Under the pieces are notes generated by a model. The model saw only the letters and a list, made by a program, of their open reading frames with translations, had not been told where the DNA came from and searched no databases. A stretch of DNA of 64,000 nucleotides. Source: Meyerozyma guilliermondii. Taxonomy: Eukaryota. The position numbers were made by a program, and so were the translations under genes. The DNA is taken from NCBI GenBank assembly GCA_051546255.1, contig CP128816.1, forward strand, positions 620,001 through 684,000, written 5' to 3'. Positions 48,481-57,620 of this stretch are shown one piece after another. How positions within the stretch are numbered: the stretch's first letter is position 1; every line of letters starts with the position of its first letter.

Positions 48481-51342
48481 TCAACGTCGCTGCGAATGTT
48501 TAAACTTGGCAAAGAATCTCTGCACAAGATACAACGAGGAGCCAAGGAACCTAAACAACGCCATGAACGCAACCATCCATAAGATAACCGTCAAAAAAAT
48601 CTCAGATCTGGAGGTATCGTCACTACCAGGATCCAACTGGTTGAACCCACCGGTTTCGAGAACCACCGCTATCAACACGAAATTTGAAAACATCCATACT
48701 AATACAGTCATGGAACGAATAAATGCATAATAATCCTCATTGCTTGTTGGAGGCTTTGAAGCTTCTTTTGGAGTGGGCTTTTTGATTTTTTCCAATTGGT
48801 CAAGGTATGACTGATTGATTTCCTCTTTGAGAATAGGAATATTAACGTCGAAAGTACCGTCTTCTCTAACCTTAGCAGCACCCAAATCTTTGGCTCCAGT
48901 ATCACCTTTGGTACCCCATGAAATATCATCAATGTTACAAAATGCATAGATATTCAACACATTCACATAGGCGGGAGACAAAAGAATGTACTGAAGGAAC
49001 GACGTGAACATATGCCATGGTTCAAAGTAAAGGAAAGATGATATGAAATATAGAGCATACGTGGATGCTGTTGCAACCACCAAGTCTCTAAATTGAGCAT
49101 TCTTGAAAAATAGACTCACGGTAATTTTAGTGTGATCATTGTATATCGCCTGGATTGCATGAACTGCCATGTATATCGCAGCAAATATCATATATGCCAT
49201 TAAAATGGCGAAGAAAACAACAATGACAATATAAAACTTTTCCGTACCCTTGGGCTTATTACCAAAACTTAACACAAATGTAGTGACAATCGATGCCAAA
49301 TAAAGCCATAGAAACACAACAGACAAGACGTTTCCAGGAGCAAAATGTAAGTCCTTTGAGGCCAAAGAAGTGGTCAATATTCTGAATACCAAAAAGTAAG
49401 ACCCGATGGAAAACCAAGACACAATAAGATTCAAAAATTGGTAGAAAAACTCGATATGGAGGAAGAACTTTCTTCCTATAGAATGCGATGAAGTCCACAA
49501 TTTTGGAAAGTGTGCTAACGAATAAATGGCTGCAAAAAACGATCCATTAAGCCATCTCCGTCTTTGCAAGATAAACTCAGCCAATCCTTCGGGGACATCA
49601 GTCTCGGCACTAGCACTTTTACAATATCTAAGAAGCCATGAACAGCCTCTTTTTGCAACCAATTCGTAACAGAGAATACGATCTTCTGCAAGGTACATAT
49701 TGGAGGTGAAAATTCCTGCTTCATCCTTCAACTGAGCCTTTTTGAGTTGATATTCGTCATCCTCAGGATCCAATTCTCCACTTCCATGAAGAAATTCACC
49801 CTTGAAATATTTCTCTAAAGGACCTCTACCATTGACGTCATTCTGGAGAGCAACATAACGATAGGCCGAAAAAGCACCAGGCAAAACCGAAATGAAGCCA
49901 AACACACTTTCTGTTGGTTTATCTAAAATATTCGAAATTTTGTACTCGAAATTTTGTCCGTACACAATAGGATTGGTGATGATTTGTCTCTTTTGTAAGG
50001 AAGCCTTGATTTCACCACATGCACCTGCAACTCGAGGGTCTTTCTCGAATTCCTTCCAAAGATGGTACAACGATTTTCCTGAAGGTTGGGTTCCCGCATC
50101 CAATAACACCACTATACGAGGGTCGAGGACCTGGCCCAACGCTTGGAAACACCATCTATGGGAATTGATCTTTTTTGCGTTCGTTTCCTTGAGACAGAAA
50201 AGAAGCTGAACTGGCACGATTTTTTCGGTGGTTAACTTTACTGTATCGTCAACACTCAGAATACCAACTCGAGTGGTATATTCGTAGATGTGAGCTTGCA
50301 CCTTCTTGTCGTCGACTCTACTCTTGGCAAGACCTTCCTGATAAACTCCAAGACCTGCCAAGAGCGCTTGAGCACGCTCGTTAATTTTCGAACGACCATC
50401 ACTGACGACGCAAACGACGATTTTCTTCCATGAATCTTTTCCCCATACCGGCGACCTGGTTCTCGATTCGAGATGCTTGATGTTCTTGAAGATACCCTTC
50501 AAGGTTCTAGCAAGCAAAATATCATCTTCATTGTACATTGTAACCACAATCATGATCTCGGTTTGACGAGGCATGGGATAATGAACAGGACGTAAGATAT
50601 AACCATCACGGTAAAAATTCGACGGTCCACACGTCACAGCAGTGTATCTCATATACGAGAATTCTCTGGCTAATCCACCATCTTTCACATCGGGTCTGTA
50701 ACCCGGAAACTTTGTCAAGAGCTCGGTCGCAACAGGACAATCCAATACCAAATGTCCGTTTAAGCCCGAGGCAATTCCGATCTGTGGTTTGGAGCGGACA
50801 GGCTCTTCATCTGGTGGTTCGGGGAGATCGCGCTCGTCGCCAAATGGTGACTCTGGAACGTCAATCAAGTCTTCTTTCGACACAATTGACGGTACTTGGA
50901 CGACATTCAAGTCATAGGAATCACCGTCAAACTGGTTGTATTCGATTTGTCTATCGAACTCGCGTTCCTCATCGTCATCGTACACGTGGGGAACAAACGC
51001 CTGGTGATAGTCGTTGGTCGTGGCATAGTTGTAGTCATGGAAATTGTTGAGTTCGTAGTTGTCGTGTACGGGATCCGACAATCGATTATCAAATGGATTT
51101 TCCTGTGCCAATGGTTCGAGTTGTGGCGGTGCTGGAGCCGTGAAGATTTCAGTAGGCCTCACGGGGTCCTGGTAGTACTCGGTAAAGTCGTCATAGCTCG
51201 GCTGATGGTTGTTGTACACGGGCTGTGGGTGCTGAAAATTAAGAGATTCTTGGCTGGGCTGATGTGAATAATTGTATGTTCCCTGGTGCTGGACATAATC
51301 CTCTAGCGAGTCGCCGCTGTTGCGGCGATAGTTATAACTCAT
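48481..51342 (-). CDS. CHS2: Class I chitin synthase (C. albicans Chs2-like)
   Basis: RYTAVTC, TMYNED, KKINSHRW, VLPGAFSAYR, LAEDRIL, QRRRW. N-terminal QGTYNY..SLNFQ resembles C. albicans Chs2 (recalled). Confidence 0.92.
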   Translation of the reverse strand: MSYNYRRNSGDSLEDYVQHQGTYNYSHQPSQESLNFQHPQPVYNNHQPSYDDFTEYYQDPVRPTEIFTAPAPPQLEPLAQENPFDNRLSDPVHDNYELNNFHDYNYATTNDYHQAFVPHVYDDDEEREFDRQIEYNQFDGDSYDLNVVQVPSIVSKEDLIDVPESPFGDERDLPEPPDEEPVRSKPQIGIASGLNGHLVLDCPVATELLTKFPGYRPDVKDGGLAREFSYMRYTAVTCGPSNFYRDGYILRPVHYPMPRQTEIMIVVTMYNEDDILLARTLKGIFKNIKHLESRTRSPVWGKDSWKKIVVCVVSDGRSKINERAQALLAGLGVYQEGLAKSRVDDKKVQAHIYEYTTRVGILSVDDTVKLTTEKIVPVQLLFCLKETNAKKINSHRWCFQALGQVLDPRIVVLLDAGTQPSGKSLYHLWKEFEKDPRVAGACGEIKASLQKRQIITNPIVYGQNFEYKISNILDKPTESVFGFISVLPGAFSAYRYVALQNDVNGRGPLEKYFKGEFLHGSGELDPEDDEYQLKKAQLKDEAGIFTSNMYLAEDRILCYELVAKRGCSWLLRYCKSASAETDVPEGLAEFILQRRRWLNGSFFAAIYSLAHFPKLWTSSHSIGRKFFLHIEFFYQFLNLIVSWFSIGSYFLVFRILTTSLASKDLHFAPGNVLSVVFLWLYLASIVTTFVLSFGNKPKGTEKFYIVIVVFFAILMAYMIFAAIYMAVHAIQAIYNDHTKITVSLFFKNAQFRDLVVATASTYALYFISSFLYFEPWHMFTSFLQYILLSPAYVNVLNIYAFCNIDDISWGTKGDTGAKDLGAAKVREDGTFDVNIPILKEEINQSYLDQLEKIKKPTPKEASKPPTSNEDYYAFIRSMTVLVWMFSNFVLIAVVLETGGFNQLDPGSDDTSRSEIFLTVILWMVAFMALFRFLGSSLYLVQRFFAKFKHSQRR

Positions 51343-51795
51343 GCTCTATGTCAAAATTGGGGTTTTTTAACTCAAGTGTTTCCAGATCATCAACTATAAT
51401 ATAAACCGCGACGGGAGGCTATGATCGCGGGGACGCGCGGTGCACGGGTGTACTATAATAAACCCTGTTTCAAGATGGTATCACGAGCAAGGGAAGCAAA
51501 TACGAGCCGCAGTGGTGAACTTTAAAGATAAAGGTTTGTTGTGGTACAAAATTGACCTTTTTCGTTAGGTGGATGCTTTTTGGTTGCAACTCGTCAAACG
51601 GCTGCGATGGCTGGCTGATTCCGCGCACAAACACTATCGTTGCAAGAAAGGTTTATTTCAAGTTGGGCGAAACCATGGTCATGCGTTGAAAACGTGCAGT
51701 TGGTGTTTTCTTGGAAGTGCATGCATAGGCAACAAGGATGCAATATTTCGCAGGTACAGCCCGGTTTGGGCTAATTATAGACGGGGTATGACGTG

Positions 51796-51805
51796 TCACG
51801 TGACC
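51796..51805. promoter_or_regulatory. Palindromic GTCACGTGAC E-box (Cbf1/Tye7-type) between CHS2 and AAH1
   Basis: Perfect 10-bp palindrome. Confidence 0.45.
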
Positions 51806-52024
51806 AGACCAAAACATGGATATTTTTAGCAGGCAACGAACAAAGCGAATGCTATAAGATCCAGACTGAGAATGTTAGGTTTGTGTTGGTTTTGTATCGG
51901 CTGTGAACCTCAATAATTCTCAACTTGATTAGCGTTTCGTCTGCTCATCACACAGCCGCAGCCGCACCTGCAGGAAATGTGTCAAATCGAAGAGATGCGA
52001 TAAGCGACAGTGAAAAATTGCAAT

Positions 52025-53098
52025 ATGGTCCACGAATGCAGCCCACGTATGACCGAATTTCTTCGGGAACTTCCCAAATGTGAACATCATGTTCACTTGG
52101 AGGGAACTCTTGAACCGTCCTTGCTTTTCCAGCTTGCCGAAAGAAACAACATCACTTTACCATCCAATTTCCCTGCATCTGTAGCTGCATGTAATGAAAG
52201 ATACAACAATTTTGCTGATTTACAAGACTTCTTGGACCACTACTATGTTGGCATGAGTGTGTTGATCAAGGAGGATGACTTCTATGACTTGGCAATGGAG
52301 TATTTTAAGCGTGCTCATGCCGATGGATGTGTTCATTCAGAAGTATTTTTCGATCCCCAAGGCCATGTAGAGAGAGGTATACCCATTCATACCGTAGTAT
52401 CTGGGTTTGAAAGAGCTTGCAAGGATGCCAACGAAAAGTTGGGTACAACAAACAAACTTATCATGTGTCTTTTGCGCCACTTGCCTGCAGCTGATGGGTT
52501 GCAAACTATAGCCAGTGCTGCTCCATATTACCAAGCCGGTGTCATCCACGGGTTGGGTCTTGATTCTGCAGAAAAACCCTTTCCTCCAGAGCTCTTCACT
52601 GATTGCTACAAGACATTGAAGGACCAGTTTCCCCATGTCAATTTGACGGCGCATGCTGGAGAAGAAGGCGACCATACATATGTCACCAATTCGTTGAACA
52701 AGTTGAATGTGACCAGAATCGACCATGGTGTCAATTCGCAACACAGCGACGAATTGATGGCACACTTGGCGGAAAATCAAGTCATGTTGTCGCTTTGTCC
52801 CATGTCAAATGTGAAATTGCAAGTTGTAAAAGATGTTTCTGAACTTCCAATCAGAAAATTCTTAGACGCTGGTGTTCCATTTTCCATTAATTCTGATGAC
52901 CCCGCTTACTTTGGGGGTTATATTCTTGATAATTACATCCACGTACACACCAGGTTTGGGTTCACTCCAAAAGAATGGACCAAGGTGGTGCTCAACGGAA
53001 TCAACGGCTCATGGTGCGATGATCACCGCAAAGCTGAATTGAGACAAAAACTTCAAAATGTGGAAACCAAGTTCAGCGACCTCATGACAGACAACTAG
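52025..53098 (+). CDS. AAH1: Adenine deaminase
   Basis: LPKCEHHVHLEGTLEP, EVFFDPQ.H, TAHAGEEG, RIDHG, SINSDDPAYFGGY. Confidence 0.96.
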   Translation: MVHECSPRMTEFLRELPKCEHHVHLEGTLEPSLLFQLAERNNITLPSNFPASVAACNERYNNFADLQDFLDHYYVGMSVLIKEDDFYDLAMEYFKRAHADGCVHSEVFFDPQGHVERGIPIHTVVSGFERACKDANEKLGTTNKLIMCLLRHLPAADGLQTIASAAPYYQAGVIHGLGLDSAEKPFPPELFTDCYKTLKDQFPHVNLTAHAGEEGDHTYVTNSLNKLNVTRIDHGVNSQHSDELMAHLAENQVMLSLCPMSNVKLQVVKDVSELPIRKFLDAGVPFSINSDDPAYFGGYILDNYIHVHTRFGFTPKEWTKVVLNGINGSWCDDHRKAELRQKLQNVETKFSDLMTDN

Positions 53099-53245
53099 GT
53101 TGAAAACCATAATATAGAAGAACTTCATAAACAATTTAATAAAAGTTTAATTGAACACCTTCATAGAATGGGTGCGATTTCATTCAAATGCGGAAAGTGC
53201 TGCACCCTGCATGACCAAATGTCAAGGATAAGTTAATTCTTTATA

Positions 53246-53674
53246 ATGTTTCATGGAATATATTGGTATTTGGTCCTTTTGATCACTGTTAGCGTATGTT
53301 ACGGCTTCCAAACTCTCGACTTATCGTCTGCAACTGGACTATTGGTGATGTTTGATGGAAAGCAAGATATAGATGATGGAATCATGTCCAGCTTGGTTCT
53401 GGAATATGCCACATTTATTGAAAAAGATCTTGAGAATAAGATCAAATATGAATATAATGGAGTTTTTTATGGCTTGGCAGTGGAATTGACCAACAAAAAC
53501 AAATTGTACCTGAAAATTGCTGGAGCACTTGGAGTCGATGAATTGGTAATTGACGATGAAAATCAAGTAACCAAAGGACTCTACAAGCTCTTTTACGACC
53601 ACATCAATGTCAAGGCCGACGGCGTGAACATAATAATACTGGTGCATTCGCAGGTCAAGACAAACGATATATAG
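53246..53674 (+). CDS. Small hypothetical secreted protein (possible I9 propeptide-like fold)
   Basis: Signal peptide (..LVLLITVSVCYG); IKYEYNGVFYGLAVEL segment. Confidence 0.6.
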   Translation: MFHGIYWYLVLLITVSVCYGFQTLDLSSATGLLVMFDGKQDIDDGIMSSLVLEYATFIEKDLENKIKYEYNGVFYGLAVELTNKNKLYLKIAGALGVDELVIDDENQVTKGLYKLFYDHINVKADGVNIIILVHSQVKTNDI

Positions 53675-53759
53675 AGCTATACAACACCTCTTCTGCAATA
53701 CCAAACCAGCTAAACATCAAGTAGAAACAGAATCCATAATCTCATCGACGGGAACGGCC

Positions 53760-54342
53760 CTAGTTCAAGACGCTCCAGTCCAAATCTGCCAAGTTGATCG
53801 CCTCGCGATGTTCCGTTGGCTCACCAAACGTGTTCTCACCAGAGTACAACACGTACAAAAACCCATCCTCGTCCTTGTGCTCTTCGTATATCGTGCTCAT
53901 GAGAGCAGCAGTGGGGGGTAAGATATCATTGATGAAAATGAAAATCGCCTTCTCGCTGGGCAACTTAATTCTCTTTCTTATCACATACACAAATTGCCCC
54001 ACAGATAAGTCTCCTGGCACCAAGTACTTGCGTTTGTCAATTTCTTGTATGTCTGAGTTCTCCACCTTTTCACAAATCACCGGAAGTCTGTCGCCAAATC
54101 GCTCAATAATCCTGGAAGCCTCTGCTTTTCTCTTCTCTGAAGTTAGTACATTATCCCCACAAGGGTGGCGCGCTTTGTGAACATTGCCACCATCACCAAT
54201 CCATGCCGATGGATCCATAAGCTCTTCAAAGCGTGCCATATATCAGGATAGAAATGGTTAAAGTTACCAAAACAATCACTGGACTTCTCATAAACCAAAA
54301 TCACTTACCAAATGGATGTTCGTCTTTAAATTGTGACCGCAT
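53760..54342 (-). CDS. ATG8: Autophagy ubiquitin-like protein Atg8; exons 54342-54309 and 54136-53760
   Basis: Exon 1 [11 protein letters not shown], donor GTAAGT at 54308, branch/acceptor TACTAACTTCAG ending 54137. Exon 2 gives EKRKAEA...YSGENTFG plus a tail. Confidence 0.96.
54137..54308 (-). other. ATG8: ATG8 coding-region intron (172 nt)
   Basis: GTAAGT...TACTAACTTCAG; splicing restores the conserved HPFEKRK. Confidence 0.93.
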
Positions 54343-54447
54343 CTATTTGTTAGTATTCATTGTTTAACTGCTTGAAGTAGTTAATTTCCACTTCCATGCA
54401 CCCGGAATTACCATACGGTTGCCCTAATGTCTCGAAGTTTAACATAC
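54343..54447 (-). other. ATG8: ATG8 5'-UTR intron (105 nt) ending immediately before the ATG
   Basis: AAG|GTATGT at 54447 and TACTAACAAATAG|ATG at 54343. Confidence 0.8.
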
Positions 54448-54605
54448 CTTAATTATTGGTTTCTAACAATATTATTATACTTCGCTCTCCTGTTGTGATA
54501 CACTTATCTTATCGTGAATGATGGCGTGCGCGTACCAGTGCGAATCCTGCAGCAGAGCACGAGGTGTGAATGAGTTTTCGCTTGATTCTTGACATACAGG
54601 ATCAG

Positions 54606-56117
54606 ATGAACATAGTTAGGCGACTACATCGATCTGCTCGTCTAGGGTCGGATCTTGTGTCTGGATTCAAACTAAAATGTGGTCTTGAATTACATACCCA
54701 ACTCAAGACGGATTTCAAGCTTTTTTCCTTGTCTAAAACCAGCTTTAATGAACCTCCCAATTCTTCCATCAGCTATTTCGATGTGGGGCTTCCTGGTACT
54801 ATGCCCAAATTGAACCCAGAGGCGCTCCGATTGGCATTGAGGCTAGCAGTATCACTAGATAGTGATATAAACCTCAATTCGAGCTTTGATCGTAAACATT
54901 ATTTTTATCCAGATCAGCCTCTTGGCTACCAGATCACCCAACATTACAGTCCAATTGCCACAGGCGGATTTTTGAAGCTTGATAGTCGGTATGATGGCAT
55001 AGAAAGTACCAAGAAGGATATACGCATAGAACAAATTCAACTAGAGCAAGATACTGGAAAGACAAATTATGTCAAATTCGATGGAGAAGTACGAATAGAT
55101 TACAACCGAGCCAACATTCCGCTAATTGAATTAGTTACCAAGCCCGACTTTGAGACGATCGGAGAGGTAGTAGCGTTCATCAAAAAGTACCAAACGCTTG
55201 TGAAATACCTTGACGTTTGCACCGGTGACCTTGAAACTGGTGCCATAAGAGTGGATGTGAACGTCAGTGTAAACGGAGGAAATCGAGTAGAAATAAAGAA
55301 CTTGGGGAGTACGAGCGAAGTTGCTGAAGCACTAGGTTATGAATATCGTCGTCAAATTGAGTGTCTTAAAGAAAACGTTTCTATCTTGCAAGAAACTCGT
55401 TCTTGGGATGGGAAATCCACCACAGCTCTGCGCTCGAAAGAGGATGCTTTGGACTACAGGTATGTTCCTGACTCGGAACTTCCAGTTATAAGGTTGCATT
55501 CTGATATCAAAAAACAAGTTCAAGAGTCTCTTCCTCAGCTTCCCGATGCTGTAGTTGAAAAACTCATCGCCAGCCCGTTCAATATTGAACTCAAACATGC
55601 ACAATTCCTTGTAAATAACAAGCATGTTTTGTCCTATTATTACAATCTCATAGAATCCATCAAGGACATCGATGTCAAGCGAGCAAACAATTGGCTCTTT
55701 CATGAAGTTTTCGGGGCATTTTCGAAAAATAATCTTGCTTTTGATCCTGACAAGATTTCCCCATCATCTTTGGCCCGTTTATTGCATTTGATATTCATTG
55801 AAAAATCCATCACCTCAGCTTCGGCGAAGATTCTTCTTGGACACTTGGTTACTGCGCCTAACAGTATGGAAATTGAGCAAGCAATGGAACAATACGATCT
55901 AGGAAAGCCTACTGGTGTATCAGAATCAGACATCGACGAAATTGTGGATGAAATTTGTACTGAAATTATCGCTGCAAATCCAGACGTTATCAAGCGTATT
56001 AAGGACGGAAAGCACAAGTCCATCAACTACCTTATTGGCCAGGCAATGAAGGAAACCGAGGGGAAAGTTAGTTCGGATATCTTTGCAGCACGGTTCAAAG
56101 CTTTGATTGGTACATAA
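54606..56117 (+). CDS. PET112: Mitochondrial Glu-tRNA(Gln) amidotransferase subunit B
   Basis: [49 protein letters not shown]. Start 54606 or 54570. Confidence 0.95.
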   Translation: MNIVRRLHRSARLGSDLVSGFKLKCGLELHTQLKTDFKLFSLSKTSFNEPPNSSISYFDVGLPGTMPKLNPEALRLALRLAVSLDSDINLNSSFDRKHYFYPDQPLGYQITQHYSPIATGGFLKLDSRYDGIESTKKDIRIEQIQLEQDTGKTNYVKFDGEVRIDYNRANIPLIELVTKPDFETIGEVVAFIKKYQTLVKYLDVCTGDLETGAIRVDVNVSVNGGNRVEIKNLGSTSEVAEALGYEYRRQIECLKENVSILQETRSWDGKSTTALRSKEDALDYRYVPDSELPVIRLHSDIKKQVQESLPQLPDAVVEKLIASPFNIELKHAQFLVNNKHVLSYYYNLIESIKDIDVKRANNWLFHEVFGAFSKNNLAFDPDKISPSSLARLLHLIFIEKSITSASAKILLGHLVTAPNSMEIEQAMEQYDLGKPTGVSESDIDEIVDEICTEIIAANPDVIKRIKDGKHKSINYLIGQAMKETEGKVSSDIFAARFKALIGT

Positions 56118-57248
56118 TTATTTATCGTTTTCCACATCTCGGAGTATGGATTCGAGGTCTTTGCTCAAATTCGAGAGAGAATGAACCGATTCAAGCTCAA
56201 TTTGATCCTCATAAAATCCATCTTTCATCAAGATCTCGCTGTTGCCTATAGTTGTGCCATAGGAAGTGCCGGTATTGGCACCTTCCCATTGTTCAGAATA
56301 TCCGACCTGGAGAACCTGCTCCTTGATTTCATGAGAATTGAAGTGATCCCGAACTTTCTGAGGAATGAACGATTTGTACATTTGAATTGCATCTTGTCCA
56401 AGTCCAAAAAGCAAGAATGAAATTACGCAGATTGCAAAGTTGAGCCAAATGCTAACTGTGACGTCAGGTGCCGCAGCATAAAATTGAATGGGGTAATTGA
56501 AGTATTCATGGGTAAATTTCCAGTTGTATGGACCATGATAAAACTCAGCATCGCGGACAAAGGTGTAAATCACCATGGGAACCAATATGGTGATTACCAG
56601 GGCAATAAATACCAAAATTCTTGTGAACCGGCGCACGCTAAGTCCAGAGTTTGTGCAATGAAGAAGATCCTTTACATCCTTCCGCCGCCTATAATAAGTT
56701 ATTCCGGTAAGAAGCACAAGCACCACTGCCACCACTGCCCAAAGCAAGTTCCATATTGACACCAAAAAGATGGTGAGGACCGAACCACTGTAAAATCCAT
56801 AGCAGCCAACGTACCTAACTATTACAAACCGGGAAGTCTGAACAATGTAGTTTGTCGCCATACAGAAGATGGGTGTGATGAGACAGATTGAAAGCTCAGT
56901 AATAAGTTTTACTCTGGACCCTTTAGCCAAATATTTGTGGTTCTTCGCTTGTAAGATCATATAAAGATCTAATGAGAGAGCTGCGACTGCCGCAACTTTA
57001 CCACTAGAAGAACCCGCTTTTATTTTTTGAAAGACATCGCAGTAACCTTTTCCATCCCATTTTTTGTAAAAGTTTTCATCACTCCAGATACATGCACAAA
57101 CCACCGAGTTGAATGCCTCTAGTAAGAGAAATGTGAGTAAGCATATTGTAGGAATGTTTCGTTTGCGAATATGAAAAATAAGAGGTGGAATCAAAATCAC
57201 AAGTGAAATAGCAGAACACACCGCTATTGCTATTCCGTATGGATCCAT
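56118..57248 (-). CDS. STE3: a-factor pheromone receptor (7TM)
   Basis: PPLIFH...NIP, WDGKGYCD, YIVQTSRF.I.RYVGC, LLHCTNSGL...RF.R.L. Confidence 0.95.
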   Translation of the reverse strand: MDPYGIAIAVCSAISLVILIPPLIFHIRKRNIPTICLLTFLLLEAFNSVVCACIWSDENFYKKWDGKGYCDVFQKIKAGSSSGKVAAVAALSLDLYMILQAKNHKYLAKGSRVKLITELSICLITPIFCMATNYIVQTSRFVIVRYVGCYGFYSGSVLTIFLVSIWNLLWAVVAVVLVLLTGITYYRRRKDVKDLLHCTNSGLSVRRFTRILVFIALVITILVPMVIYTFVRDAEFYHGPYNWKFTHEYFNYPIQFYAAAPDVTVSIWLNFAICVISFLLFGLGQDAIQMYKSFIPQKVRDHFNSHEIKEQVLQVGYSEQWEGANTGTSYGTTIGNSEILMKDGFYEDQIELESVHSLSNLSKDLESILRDVENDK

Positions 57249-57465
57249 TAACTTGAAGCAACCGAACCATCCCCATTCTTATACTTTTTAATTTTTTTTT
57301 TTGCAGCCTAAATGTGTGCAGCATATGCACATCGATTGCACCTTTCGCGGCCTATTTAAGTAATTTGAGTTTCCCGAGAGAGCATTGTAACTGGATGACG
57401 ATACAGCCGAAAGACAGAGATATACCACTTTAAAAAGAATGATGACCCTGTAAATTCTTTAATTT

Positions 57466-57506
57466 TGAATCAAGTGCTAAACTTGATTCACTACCATTCT
57501 AGGAAA
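57466..57506. promoter_or_regulatory. Mcm1-like CC(N6)GG site plus adjacent 10-bp inverted repeat upstream of STE3
   Basis: TACCATTCTAGGAAA at 57492-57506; TGAATCAAGT-gctaa-ACTTGATTCA at 57466-57490. Confidence 0.5.
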
Positions 57507-57620
57507 CCTGTAGAGAAGGATTCTTCTTCAATTCGCTAAAGCCCAATGACGATGTCTTTAAGCTGTCCTTGGCACTCCATTCTTTGCCGTTACTCTTACT
57601 CAATCAATTACTTCTATACC

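Noticed and set aside
4125..53098. Nitrogen/purine gene cluster (MEP2, HIU hydrolase, AAH1)
   Set aside because: Genes are 17-29 kb apart with many unrelated genes between them.
54140..54239. ORF-track N-terminus MARFEEL... of ATG8
   Set aside because: It lies within the intron; splicing gives the canonical [15 protein letters not shown].
56118..57248. Mating-type locus around STE3 / homeobox gene
   Set aside because: No MTL genes (a1, a2, alpha1, alpha2, PAP, OBP, PIK); the homeodomain is Cup9-type and 34 kb away.
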